Below, piece by piece: positions 18,675 to 28,129 of a stretch of 64,000 nt of DNA. The notes beneath the pieces are model-generated. The model was not told where the DNA came from. It saw only the letters and a program-made list of their open reading frames with translations, and made no database searches. The position numbers were made by a program, and so were the translations under genes. Every line of letters begins with the position of its first letter. Positions within the stretch are counted from its first letter, which is position 1. The stretch comes from Alphaproteobacteria bacterium. Lineage in GTDB: Bacteria; Pseudomonadota; Alphaproteobacteria; CAAGCB01; CAG-977. The stretch is taken from assembly GCA_017616015.1 (NCBI GenBank), contig JAFZYY010000015.1:23787-87786 (forward strand). The letters run 5' to 3'.

Positions 18675-19391
18675 CTACTGTTTCTGTCCCGCCACATAAT
18701 ACTGCGTCACCGTAAATCCCATCGGATTGCGCAGTCGGGACGCCATCACAGCGTTTGACGCATAATACCGGAACTGTATTGTTGCCAGCCAGTGTTCAAT
18801 TTTCGGTTCACTGATATTGCTTTCGACCTTGCGCGTGTCAAAAAAGATCTGCCAACTGTTCCACCCTTCCTTAAAAATCCGTTTAATATCTGTATCAATC
18901 ATAATTTCGGGCGTTCCTTCTCTATCCATATCTCCGTCCGAAAAATACCTTCTGACTTCTTTGTTCACAAAAGCATCGTAGACTTCCCAAGTTGACAGAC
19001 GCTGCACCACGCCGCCGGGTCCCCACATAATCTGCATTTCACGGATATTCGGCAAAAAGTTGTTTCTGGCCGTCAGGTACTGACGAACAAACATTTCCGC
19101 CAGAATATCCATTGCCGGCATATCCGGGTGGAGCGGTTCAAAATAAGCCAGATTATCCGAAAATGTCGGAGCCGTCACCAAAACGGAAGAAACGTCCGCC
19201 TCTTTGGCGATATGAATCAAAGAAAGAGACAAAACGGAACAGGAAAGCACCAAAATAAAACACAGAACGTTGAAAAAACGCGACAGAAACATAAAAATGG
19301 CCAAACGCCCGCCTGTCGCCCGAGGCCTTTCAGAACCGGCGGTTTTATTGGTTTCCTGGCGAACAGACGCCTTTGACACACTTTTTTCCAT
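18675..19391 (-). CDS. virB8: VirB8-family protein (first, more divergent copy)
   Basis: One TM, FVRQYLTARN, LSTWEVYDAF and C-terminal NPMGFTVTQY; paralogous to 17672-18457. Confidence 0.8.
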   Translation of the reverse strand: MEKSVSKASVRQETNKTAGSERPRATGGRLAIFMFLSRFFNVLCFILVLSCSVLSLSLIHIAKEADVSSVLVTAPTFSDNLAYFEPLHPDMPAMDILAEMFVRQYLTARNNFLPNIREMQIMWGPGGVVQRLSTWEVYDAFVNKEVRRYFSDGDMDREGTPEIMIDTDIKRIFKEGWNSWQIFFDTRKVESNISEPKIEHWLATIQFRYYASNAVMASRLRNPMGFTVTQYYVAGQKQ

Positions 19392-19431
19392 TCTTTAATA
19401 GTGGCTCTATTTCGTTAAAAATACCTTTCCG

Positions 19432-19468
19432 ATTATAAATAAAGAGAGCTTTTTTTTAAACTCTCTTT
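19432..19468 (-). promoter_or_regulatory. Putative virB operon promoter overlapping a hairpin that may terminate rhlE
   Basis: Minus strand TTTAAA-17 bp-TATAAT (19460-19432); inverted repeat AAAGAGAG/CTCTCTTT at 19441-19468. Confidence 0.4.
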
Positions 19469-19516
19469 TATTTTTCTTTCTTATCTGATGATATTTCAAG
19501 CTCTCCCGAAAAAAAA

Positions 19517-20899
19517 CTACGATAATTTTACGTCGTTCATCATAAACGCAGGCATCGTTTTGCCAAAAGCGCTTTCTTTTTCAAAAGCTTTCGGAGCTAC
19601 TTCTTTTTTCCCGTTTTGTTTTTTTGGCTGAGGCTTCTTTTTTATCGTTTCCGTCTTGACAACCTTTTTTTCTTCTTTCGGCTCTGTTTTTTTGCTTTTC
19701 TGATTTTTTAAAATATGGGGAGCCGTCTTTTTTGCTTTTCCTCTTCGATGCTTTTTCGCTTCCGGCGCGGGATCCATTTCAACGGAAAAGCGCGACATTT
19801 CCTCTATTTTCTGCCCGATCATGTGTTCGATTGCGGCCAACGCCTTAAAATCCGCCGACGTGATCAGCATAAAAGCGCGCCCAGCGCGACCCGCCCGCCC
19901 CGTGCGGCCAATGCGGTGAATATAGTCCTCCGGATTGACGGGCACATCAAAATTAAAAACATGCGACACGTCCGGCAAATCCAATCCTCTTGCCGCAACA
20001 TCAGAGCATACAAGCAACTGAACATGACCGTCGCGAAAAGCGTTCATCGTTTCCGTGCGCTGTCCCTGTGCCATATCCCCGTGCAGAGCCGCTACGGAAA
20101 ACTTATGTTTTGTGAAAGACTTGAACAAAATATCAACGTCTTTTTTGCGATTGCAGAAAATCATCGCATTCTGTACGTTTTCCGAACGGATCAGATTACG
20201 TAGCACTTCACGTTTGCCGCGTTCGTTTGTTTTGACGATAAACTGTTCCACCGTATCAGCCGTCGACATCGGCGGATCCACACGGATTTCCACGGGAAAT
20301 TTCATAAACTTCTGAGCCAGCGCCTTGATTTCCGGCAACATTGTCGCGGAAAACAGCAGAGTTTGGCGCATTGTCGGCAACTTAGCGGCGATTTTTTCCA
20401 CATCGGGGATAAAACCCATATCCAACATTCTGTCCGCTTCGTCCAGCACGAACACCCGCACGTCGCGCAACAAAATCCGGCCACGTTCGCACAAATCGAT
20501 CATACGTCCCGGCGTCGCAATCAGCACGTCAACGCCGCGGGACAGAACTTTTTGCTGTTCGACCATGGACTCCCCGCCAATCAGTAGCGCCATGGAAAGT
20601 TTTTGATATTTGCCATACTGCTGAAAACACTCGGCGATTTGAGTCGCCAACTCGCGCGTCGGAGACAGGATCAGCGTTCTGGGCATCAGCGCCTTAGCCC
20701 GCCCGTTTGCCAACAGATCAATCATCGGCAATGTGAAAGCCGCTGTTTTTCCCGTTCCTGTTTGCGCAATTCCCATTACGTCATTGCGCTTTAATATCTC
20801 GGGAATAGCCTGTTCCTGAATGGGTGTTGGTTCCTGATAACCGACTTCGGCGACGGCTTTGAGTGTGTTCTGACTAAGTCCAAGATCTGAGAATTTCAT
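19517..20899 (-). CDS. rhlE: DEAD-box RNA helicase (RhlE-like)
   Basis: Q motif PTPIQ, AQTGTGKT, PTRELA, DEAD, SAT and HRIGRTGRAG; Lys-rich tail; start at MKFS (20899). Confidence 0.93.
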   Translation of the reverse strand: MKFSDLGLSQNTLKAVAEVGYQEPTPIQEQAIPEILKRNDVMGIAQTGTGKTAAFTLPMIDLLANGRAKALMPRTLILSPTRELATQIAECFQQYGKYQKLSMALLIGGESMVEQQKVLSRGVDVLIATPGRMIDLCERGRILLRDVRVFVLDEADRMLDMGFIPDVEKIAAKLPTMRQTLLFSATMLPEIKALAQKFMKFPVEIRVDPPMSTADTVEQFIVKTNERGKREVLRNLIRSENVQNAMIFCNRKKDVDILFKSFTKHKFSVAALHGDMAQGQRTETMNAFRDGHVQLLVCSDVAARGLDLPDVSHVFNFDVPVNPEDYIHRIGRTGRAGRAGRAFMLITSADFKALAAIEHMIGQKIEEMSRFSVEMDPAPEAKKHRRGKAKKTAPHILKNQKSKKTEPKEEKKVVKTETIKKKPQPKKQNGKKEVAPKAFEKESAFGKTMPAFMMNDVKLS

Positions 20900-20973
20900 T
20901 TTTGTATTTATATTCCATAAAAAGTGTGTCACGCTAACTTAATGCTTTATATACCGAAACAACGGACAGAACA

Positions 20974-21522
20974 ATGTTAATCAGCAAAACAGATTCATGC
21001 CTTCTTATTATTGACGTTCAGGAACGCTTAACGCCTTGCATGCACGAACCGCGCCGGATTATAGACGGCTGTTCCCGTTTGCTGAAAGGCGCAAACATTT
21101 TAAATGTTCCCGTCATAATCACCGAACAATACCCGAAAGGACTGGGACAGTCTTTTTTCGACATCAGAGAAGCCGCTCCGGAAACAGCGATCTACTTTGA
21201 AAAAACAAGCTTGTCCGCCGTTCGGGAAGAAGGATTTGCGAAACGTCTGGCTTCTTTAAACAAAAAGCAGATTGTCATTGCCGGCGTCGAAGAACATATT
21301 TGCGTTCTGCAAACCGCCGTTGAGCTGAAAGAAGCAGGCTACGACGTTTTTGTTGTCACGGACGCTTCGGGCAGTCGATCGCCGGAAAACGAACGGATCG
21401 CCGTCCAACGCCTGAAACAGGAAGGCGTTTTCTTAGCCGGTGTGGAAATGGTATTGTTTGAATGGCTGAGAAAAGCCGGCTCGCCCGAGTTTAAAGACAT
21501 TCAGAACAGATTGATTAAATAG
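20974..21522 (+). CDS. Isochorismatase-family (YcaC-like) hydrolase
   Basis: LLIIDVQERL, TEQYPKGLG and GVEEHICVLQT. Confidence 0.9.
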   Translation: MLISKTDSCLLIIDVQERLTPCMHEPRRIIDGCSRLLKGANILNVPVIITEQYPKGLGQSFFDIREAAPETAIYFEKTSLSAVREEGFAKRLASLNKKQIVIAGVEEHICVLQTAVELKEAGYDVFVVTDASGSRSPENERIAVQRLKQEGVFLAGVEMVLFEWLRKAGSPEFKDIQNRLIK

Positions 21523-21531
21523 GATTATTTC

Positions 21532-22239
21532 ATGAAACCCTCTATCGTTTTATTGCCGGCTCTGCTGTGCAACGCCGGTTTATTTATCCACCAGATCAAA
21601 TCTCTGGAAGCTTCTTACGATTTTTTCGTCCCCGAAACCGGATTGGAAACAGATGTCGGCGAGGCGGCGCGCCGGATTCTGCGTCAAACGCCGGATCGTT
21701 TTGTTTTAGGCGGCATTTCCATGGGCGGCTACATTGCTTTTGAAATTCTACGCCAGGCGCCCGAGCGCGTTGCCGGACTGATTTTAATGGATACAAACGC
21801 ACATTCGGATCCGCCCGCGACGCAGAAAAAGCGTGAAGCTATGATCGAAAAAGCCAAAACGGAAGGCATTGAATCCGTTATCGCTCACGCTTTACTGGAC
21901 ATTATTCTGCCGGCTCATCGCGATAATGAAATTATACGGCATATTTTGACGCACATGGCGCAAACAATCGGCGTCGAAAAATACGTCAATCAACAGACAT
22001 TAATCAAAACCCGGCCGGATTCAACGGATTTGTTGGCGCAAATTACCTGCCCTGCCATGATCATGGGCGGCGCGCAGGACGCTTTATCCCCGACGGAAGC
22101 TTTGGATAAAATAGCGGAACAAATTCCTAAAAGCATGCATGTCATCATTGAAAACAGCGGACATTTGCCGCCTATCGAAAATCCCGCCGCCGTCACGGCC
22201 GCCTGGCGCATATTTTTCGAACACGTCGGGATCTCTTAA
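21532..22239 (+). CDS. Alpha/beta-fold hydrolase
   Basis: GISMGG nucleophile elbow and SGHLPPIE His motif. Confidence 0.88.
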   Translation: MKPSIVLLPALLCNAGLFIHQIKSLEASYDFFVPETGLETDVGEAARRILRQTPDRFVLGGISMGGYIAFEILRQAPERVAGLILMDTNAHSDPPATQKKREAMIEKAKTEGIESVIAHALLDIILPAHRDNEIIRHILTHMAQTIGVEKYVNQQTLIKTRPDSTDLLAQITCPAMIMGGAQDALSPTEALDKIAEQIPKSMHVIIENSGHLPPIENPAAVTAAWRIFFEHVGIS

Positions 22240-22282
22240 GAATTTTTGAACTTTTCCGACTTAAAATAAAAAAATTCTTGTA

Positions 22283-22726
22283 ATGAAGAGGTTATTTTTC
22301 ATGCGCAAAATAATTATTATTTTTATATTGGCTTTTTTCCCGTTGAACACTTTTGCGGCAGAAGTAAATGATGCCGAAGACATGGGGCGTCTGGCCGGCG
22401 TCGTTTTAGCCTGTAATGCGCATAAAACTCTTTATCAGTTTGAAGAAATTATCAGTCGGTACTTCAGTAACACGTCTCCCAATGAAGACGTTGAAAAAGC
22501 ACTAATCAGAGATTACGCTCAGGCAAAAGCGAATTCTTTTTCGATTTACCGATATCGCAAAAATGATTGCGCTCAAACCATCAGAGAATTTTCTCAGATG
22601 CCGATTTTTAAATCGGAGCTTTATTCGGACGGATCTTTACGCCTGCCGGACGGAAAATTTCTCTACCCGCGAGGTCAGAGAAAACTGGCTAAAGGCGCGG
22701 AAAGAATTTATCCGTCCAACAGATAA
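22283..22726 (+). CDS. Hypothetical exported protein
   Basis: Signal peptide ending TFA-AE and two Cys (likely disulfide); the true start may be 22301. Confidence 0.6.
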   Translation: MKRLFFMRKIIIIFILAFFPLNTFAAEVNDAEDMGRLAGVVLACNAHKTLYQFEEIISRYFSNTSPNEDVEKALIRDYAQAKANSFSIYRYRKNDCAQTIREFSQMPIFKSELYSDGSLRLPDGKFLYPRGQRKLAKGAERIYPSNR

Positions 22727-22762
22727 AAAAACGGCGGCTTGATTTTTAAGCCGCCTTTTTTT
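22725..22762. terminator. Bidirectional intrinsic terminator
   Basis: A-run-GGCGGCTT-loop-AAGCCGCC-T7 between convergent genes. Confidence 0.8.
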
Positions 22763-22765
22763 GAT

Positions 22766-24037
22766 TTACCATTGCGGTAATTTCGGTTGCCGTTCCGCAG
22801 AAAACGGCACGCCTTCATTTAAAATCTTGGGAATAAACGGCGCGCGCAACCGGTAAGCGTCGGGCATTCTCGATCCCAACAACGGCCGCAGATACATTCT
22901 GAACGCGTCCGTCACGTCATTGCCTTCGGGCGTAATGAATTCGTCCGGCATTGTCCGCGTCTTTGCCGCGACCTGATCCAGAGGTATCAAATCGTAATCG
23001 CACATGTAAAAACCGATGCGCTTGATCGCGACCGAACCGTCCGTATTTCCCCACATTGCGAATTGAACGGCCTTTTCGCCGACTTCACGGGCTTCGCGCT
23101 GATCCACGTCGGAAACACAACCGACAAAAGAACGCTGCATATAGCCCAAAGTATCCGCGCGCACGCGCTGAATGCCGACTTTTTCCCGCAGGACTTGCGC
23201 CAAACTGTCGCCTAAAGCGCCTGAACCGGACAGCTGAATATTGCCGTGCGCGTCGCGATCGGTGTTCTTTGTCAGCTGAGTAATAATCGGCTGACCGGAA
23301 GCGTCGTGAATGCCTTCGCTGACAGCGACAACGCAACGGTCGTATTTTTCATAAACGCTCCGGACGTCCTGAGCAAATTTATCCAGATCAAATGTTCTTT
23401 CCGGCATATAAATCAAATGCGGCCCGTCGTCAGGGAACTTTTTCCCCATAGCGGCGGCGGCCGTTAAAAAGCCCGCATGCCGTCCCATCACGACGGCGAT
23501 CACCGTTCCGCCCAAAGCCCAACTGTCGCGATTCAATCCGACAAAAGCCTGAGACACATAGCGTGCGGCGGACGGATAGCCCGGGCAATGATCGTTATGC
23601 ATCAAATCGTTGTCGATTGTTTTCGGAATATGAATGCAACGGAGCTGATAGCCTTCTTTTTTGGCTTCTTCGCTGATGATACGCGTCGTATCCGCAGAAT
23701 CGTTTCCGCCGATATACAGGAAGTAACGAATATCATGCGCCTGCATCACGCGAAGCATCTGCTGACAATACTTCAAATCCGGCTTATCGCGTGTCGTCCC
23801 CAGAGCGGAAGAAGGCGTGCTCGCGACCATTTCCAGATTATGCGACGTTTCGCTGGACAAGTTGACCAGATCTTCGTTTACAATGCCGCGCACGCCGTGC
23901 ACCGCGCCGTAGACCAAATCCACGCGATTGAACTTGCGCGCTTCCAAAACGACGCCGACCAGAGACTGATTAATCACCGCCGTAGGGCCGCCGCCCTGAG
24001 CCACCAGCAGTTTTCCTTTTATTTTTTCATAGGGCAT
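22766..24037 (-). CDS. pfp: Pyrophosphate-dependent 6-phosphofructokinase
   Basis: QGGGPTAVIN, GGNDS (Asp at the PPi-specificity position), PKTIDND and MGRHAG. Confidence 0.88.
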   Translation of the reverse strand: MPYEKIKGKLLVAQGGGPTAVINQSLVGVVLEARKFNRVDLVYGAVHGVRGIVNEDLVNLSSETSHNLEMVASTPSSALGTTRDKPDLKYCQQMLRVMQAHDIRYFLYIGGNDSADTTRIISEEAKKEGYQLRCIHIPKTIDNDLMHNDHCPGYPSAARYVSQAFVGLNRDSWALGGTVIAVVMGRHAGFLTAAAAMGKKFPDDGPHLIYMPERTFDLDKFAQDVRSVYEKYDRCVVAVSEGIHDASGQPIITQLTKNTDRDAHGNIQLSGSGALGDSLAQVLREKVGIQRVRADTLGYMQRSFVGCVSDVDQREAREVGEKAVQFAMWGNTDGSVAIKRIGFYMCDYDLIPLDQVAAKTRTMPDEFITPEGNDVTDAFRMYLRPLLGSRMPDAYRLRAPFIPKILNEGVPFSAERQPKLPQW

Positions 24038-24171
24038 AAAAATCTCCTTAAATTATCAAATTATTTCTTCCAGTGTAGCAGTTTGAATATATTCGTCAAA
24101 CCGAAGAAAAAAAACGGCTGTATTTCCGTGTGCGAATCGCTGTTTTTTTTCGAACGACCCGCCGCGAAAAA

Positions 24172-25194
24172 CTAATTTTCGGAGGACGGAATGTTAATTA
24201 AATCAGCGTGCTGCAACAACGTCAGAGGCGGATACACCCCGAGCTTCTGAGCCGCTGTCATATTAACGACGAGCAAAGCGCGTTGAGGCGCTTCGATCGG
24301 AATATCATACGCCTGCGCTTTTCCTTTTAAGATTTCCAAAGCTTTTTTCCCCGCCAGCTGTCCTACGGTATAGTATCTGTGTACGAAAGAAAACAATGCA
24401 TTGTCATGACGCACCGCTCCTTCCGACGCGGAAAAGACGGGAATGGAAAAAGCCGCGGCCGTATCGATCAGCGCTTTTCGGTGAGCATTGACAAAAGCGT
24501 CAGGCCCCAAATAAATCAAGTCGACTTTTTTATCCGCCAATTCCGCGACCAAAGACGGAATTTTTTCTTTCTGCGGATAATTGTCTTTAGATACAGGAAG
24601 CGGCTTTTCCAAAAGATCGAATTTCATCAAAGACGCATACTGACGTAATTTGTCGACCGCGGCCTGAGCGTTTGTCTCCGCCGGATTATAAATAATCCCC
24701 AATCGCCGGAACGCGACGACTTGTCTGGCATATTGCAACTGCTCGACCAACGGCACCAGATGCATGACGCCCGTTATATTTCTGCCCTGCGCCGACAAAG
24801 ACGATACCAAACCGCTTTCCACCGGTTGAGAAACAACCATAAACAACGCGGGAATTGCGCCGTAATCGGCAACAGATTCACTGTTGTTTGTTCCCAGCAT
24901 TTCAACGGTTGCCAACGTTCCCCATGTCACCAACAAATCGGGGGATTTTTTTCGAATCTCGGCTTTTAATTCGGGGATTTTATCTGTTTTTTTATCCAAA
25001 TTACGCTGAATGATTTCAATATCTTCATGCGAAGCTTTCAGATAATCCGAAAACCCGCGGCATGCTTCTTCGCAACCGTTCCACAAAACAAAGTACACCT
25101 TTTGTTCCGCCGCTTTTGCCTGAAAGAAGGGGAAACACGCCAGAAAAAGCAACAGACTAAAAACCTTTTTCACGCACAAACCTTTCGTTGACAC
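24172..25194 (-). CDS. ABC-type substrate-binding protein (ABC_sub_bind family)
   Basis: Signal peptide; PVESGLV, GRNITGV, LGIIYNPAE, GQLAG and VNMTAAQKLG. Confidence 0.82.
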   Translation of the reverse strand: MSTKGLCVKKVFSLLLFLACFPFFQAKAAEQKVYFVLWNGCEEACRGFSDYLKASHEDIEIIQRNLDKKTDKIPELKAEIRKKSPDLLVTWGTLATVEMLGTNNSESVADYGAIPALFMVVSQPVESGLVSSLSAQGRNITGVMHLVPLVEQLQYARQVVAFRRLGIIYNPAETNAQAAVDKLRQYASLMKFDLLEKPLPVSKDNYPQKEKIPSLVAELADKKVDLIYLGPDAFVNAHRKALIDTAAAFSIPVFSASEGAVRHDNALFSFVHRYYTVGQLAGKKALEILKGKAQAYDIPIEAPQRALLVVNMTAAQKLGVYPPLTLLQHADLINIPSSEN

Positions 25195-26221
25195 CGATTT
25201 GAACCCAACCTATGGCCGCATTGGCGCTGTTAACAGGTTCTGCGGCATTGTAATACCCTTCCCGCAAAGATATTTTTCCGGTATACGGATCGGCTTCGAA
25301 CGCTTCCGCCGCCGAGCCCGTTTCATAAAGCACCCGTCCCGTTTTATCCGTAACAAGAATAAACAAAATTTCTTTATTTTTCTGACGGATTTGATCCAAA
25401 TACGTTTCTAATGCCGTTATGGAATCGAACGGCACGCCGTTTTGCACCGCTTGTCCCAACCGCGCGCTGATTTGTTCGGCAATCTGCTGCGTTTTAGTCG
25501 ACATTTCCTGCTTAATATTTTCATCAAACGCTTTAAACATTGAAACAAAGCTGAAATACAAAGCTAAAAGCAACAATCCCTGACAAAGAACGAACGCTAT
25601 TGCCAACTGAATTTTTTTGTTCTGAAATGTTGTTGCAACCAAAAAGCCGAAAAAATAAATAAAGAAACAAAAACCGGCTCCGATAGCGGCTAAGCGGACA
25701 GAATAATGAAAAGTCGTTTTGATCATTTTTTCACGGACGACTTCGCCGGATTCCGTTGTATATTGAGCGACCAGACACCCCGTATTTTCAGAAAATGCGT
25801 TTAAAAGAGGCATTCCCATCGTTTCTTTGTCTTTTTCCTTTTCGATGAAAACCGTATCGGAACGAACGCATTTTTGGCGCCAGGAAACAGGAGCGCTCTG
25901 CCCTGTCTGACCAACAAGAGTGCTGAAAAGAATTTTCCCCGTATTGGCGGAAAAAATCATGGCGGATAACAAATCTCTTTCGCTACGGGTGTAGTTTAAC
26001 AGTATTTTTTCCGCCGTTTTTAAGCCGGGCAACGCTTCGCCTTTATCCATTTCGACCTGCAACGCTTTATGCATATCCGTCAGAGCCGTTTCGATACGGG
26101 ATTCCCGAAGCGTATGCGACGCTTCTTCGTATTTCATAAAGTTCATTCCCGTAAAGGCGAACACGACGGCGCACCAAAACAATGATGCCAAAATCGTATG
26201 GCTTAAACTCATACTGCGCAT
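25157..26221 (-). CDS. Hypothetical membrane protein with two related Cache-like extracytoplasmic modules
   Basis: Three hydrophobic segments; internal similarity between IFSANTGKILFST and VTDKTGRVLYET; overlaps the SBP gene. Confidence 0.6.
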   Translation of the reverse strand: MRSMSLSHTILASLFWCAVVFAFTGMNFMKYEEASHTLRESRIETALTDMHKALQVEMDKGEALPGLKTAEKILLNYTRSERDLLSAMIFSANTGKILFSTLVGQTGQSAPVSWRQKCVRSDTVFIEKEKDKETMGMPLLNAFSENTGCLVAQYTTESGEVVREKMIKTTFHYSVRLAAIGAGFCFFIYFFGFLVATTFQNKKIQLAIAFVLCQGLLLLALYFSFVSMFKAFDENIKQEMSTKTQQIAEQISARLGQAVQNGVPFDSITALETYLDQIRQKNKEILFILVTDKTGRVLYETGSAAEAFEADPYTGKISLREGYYNAAEPVNSANAAIGWVQIGVNERFVREKGF

Positions 26222-26293
26222 AAATCCGACTTTCCGAACAGTGGTATACCACCGTCGGTTATACAGCCGTTATTGTAAAAAAATAATGAACGC

Positions 26294-28129
26294 TTAGTTC
26301 GGATATAACGGCGGAACGGGAATTTTTTCATCTTCAGCGTTCTTTTTTTCGTCAGGTCGGGCAAATTTAAATGCCAGCCATAAATCTTCTCCGTTCCATT
26401 CGTCCGGTTTGACCGCATACAACGCGCGGTTTAAACTGTCGGTTTCCTCTTTTAACGCCTCGCTGTTCAGCCGAGATGCCAATTCGGAAAGAGTTAAAGG
26501 AGAATTATCCGGCCAATGAATGCGCCCCCAATCCAGCAACGCCTGTTTTGCTCCTTCCGCCGATCCGGAGCGGCAAGCTTCTTTAAGCCGCTGAACCGCA
26601 GCAGAATCGTTTTTTTTCTTTTGTTCCGACAAAGAAACGGCGTCTTTTTTCTTAAGCATCAGGAAATAGAACAAAAGCCACAAACTCAGAACTACCGTCC
26701 CGCCGGCCACGATACCGGCAGCAAACAAAATAAAAGGCGAGTGATCGGCATGTTTTTTCCAAAAAGCCTGCGCAGCCTGCTGTTCCGCTGTATTTTCCGG
26801 CGGTTCGGAAAAAGCTTTGGCAAATTCCGATTCTTTTTTCACCGGCTCCTGTTGATCCTGTGAGGGTATCACAGTCGTTTGAACAGACGGCGGCTCAGCA
26901 ATAGAAGATTCCGGCGTATCATCTCCCGTCACGGTAATCGTGCGCGATGGCAAAACGGCTTTTTTCATTTTTCCCGTTTTGACGTCAAACCACGATATTT
27001 CTAACGGCGGTAAATCGATATTTCCCGCAACGGTGGGCATGAAAACTATCTGGCGCGTTTTCACCCCGACAATTCCTTCGTCGTCAAACAGGTTTTTGGA
27101 ATCCGTCTTTCCGGGATATTGCTTATACTTTTCGCCGTTTGCAAAAACCAAATCGGGAATCTGAGAATCCTGCACGCCGGAAGCCATCACGGTCACTGTT
27201 CTGGTCAAAGCTTCCCCCAACGCGATCGTTTGTTTCGGCGGCGTTAAATCTTCCGACACGGCGACATCGGTTGCCGGCAGCCAATAATTTCCCGCAACGG
27301 AAGCAGCCGGACGCACATTCAAAACAATGGGCTCCGATTGAACGACAATGTTTTTTTGTCCGAAAAAGCCCGAAAAAATACCGGTTCCGCCCATACCGAA
27401 AAGATCTTCTATTTCCTGCATTTTCGTATCGGGATCGCTGACGGATCCTCTGAACTGAGCCGGAGAAAGCTCCAACTTACCGCTTTTCTGAGCGAACAGC
27501 AGAAATTGATATTCCAATACATCATACGTTCTGGCGTGAATTTTTTCCCTGAATCGATTAACGTCCCCCCACTGTTCGACCGTGACGCCGTCTGCTTTGG
27601 GCGGAAGAACCGTTCCGTCCAAAAGAGGCGTTTGAACAAAAGAATACAAGCGCACCGTCAACGGAATTTGCTGACCGACGTACGGGTCTTTGTTTTCCAA
27701 CGTATAACGAACGAATACGTTCGGCTGTGCCGTCTGAGCTTTCTGACGGGCGACAGGATCATCGGGCAAAGCCTGACCGCCGGCAATAACCGTTAAGGTA
27801 ATCGGAGCCGTTTTTTCTTTTCCGGCCTGAATGGAAGGCAAAATAACTTTGCCCGTTTTTTTAGGAACCAATGTTAAAATGTTTTCGTTAAACGTTTGCG
27901 TTTTACCGTTAACATAGCTTGATTTGTAGCTTTTACGCTCCATTGTGATCAGAAAATCTTTGTTTAAAACGGAAATGTCGGGTTTCGCGCCGTTTCCGTC
28001 CTGACGCAAATAAAGCTGAAAGCTTTCACCTTCGGGAATAACCGTGCGGCTGACGCTGGCTTCAAAAGCAACGGCGTTGCGGCATAAGGCAAACATGACA
28101 AGAAATAAGAATAGCATTCTGTTTTTCAT
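26294..28129 (-). CDS. batD: BatD-family protein
   Basis: Signal peptide, repeated Ig-like BatD modules (PYVGQQI, WLPA, GEALTRTV, WFDV), a C-terminal TM and a PPLYP end; downstream of the VWA genes. Confidence 0.85.
   Translation of the reverse strand: MKNRMLFLFLVMFALCRNAVAFEASVSRTVIPEGESFQLYLRQDGNGAKPDISVLNKDFLITMERKSYKSSYVNGKTQTFNENILTLVPKKTGKVILPSIQAGKEKTAPITLTVIAGGQALPDDPVARQKAQTAQPNVFVRYTLENKDPYVGQQIPLTVRLYSFVQTPLLDGTVLPPKADGVTVEQWGDVNRFREKIHARTYDVLEYQFLLFAQKSGKLELSPAQFRGSVSDPDTKMQEIEDLFGMGGTGIFSGFFGQKNIVVQSEPIVLNVRPAASVAGNYWLPATDVAVSEDLTPPKQTIALGEALTRTVTVMASGVQDSQIPDLVFANGEKYKQYPGKTDSKNLFDDEGIVGVKTRQIVFMPTVAGNIDLPPLEISWFDVKTGKMKKAVLPSRTITVTGDDTPESSIAEPPSVQTTVIPSQDQQEPVKKESEFAKAFSEPPENTAEQQAAQAFWKKHADHSPFILFAAGIVAGGTVVLSLWLLFYFLMLKKKDAVSLSEQKKKNDSAAVQRLKEACRSGSAEGAKQALLDWGRIHWPDNSPLTLSELASRLNSEALKEETDSLNRALYAVKPDEWNGEDLWLAFKFARPDEKKNAEDEKIPVPPLYPN

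Noticed and set aside
7609-19391. Interpretation of the virB cluster as an ICE or integrated plasmid
   Set aside because: No integrase, relaxase, att repeats or replication genes; flanked by housekeeping genes with no obvious compositional shift.
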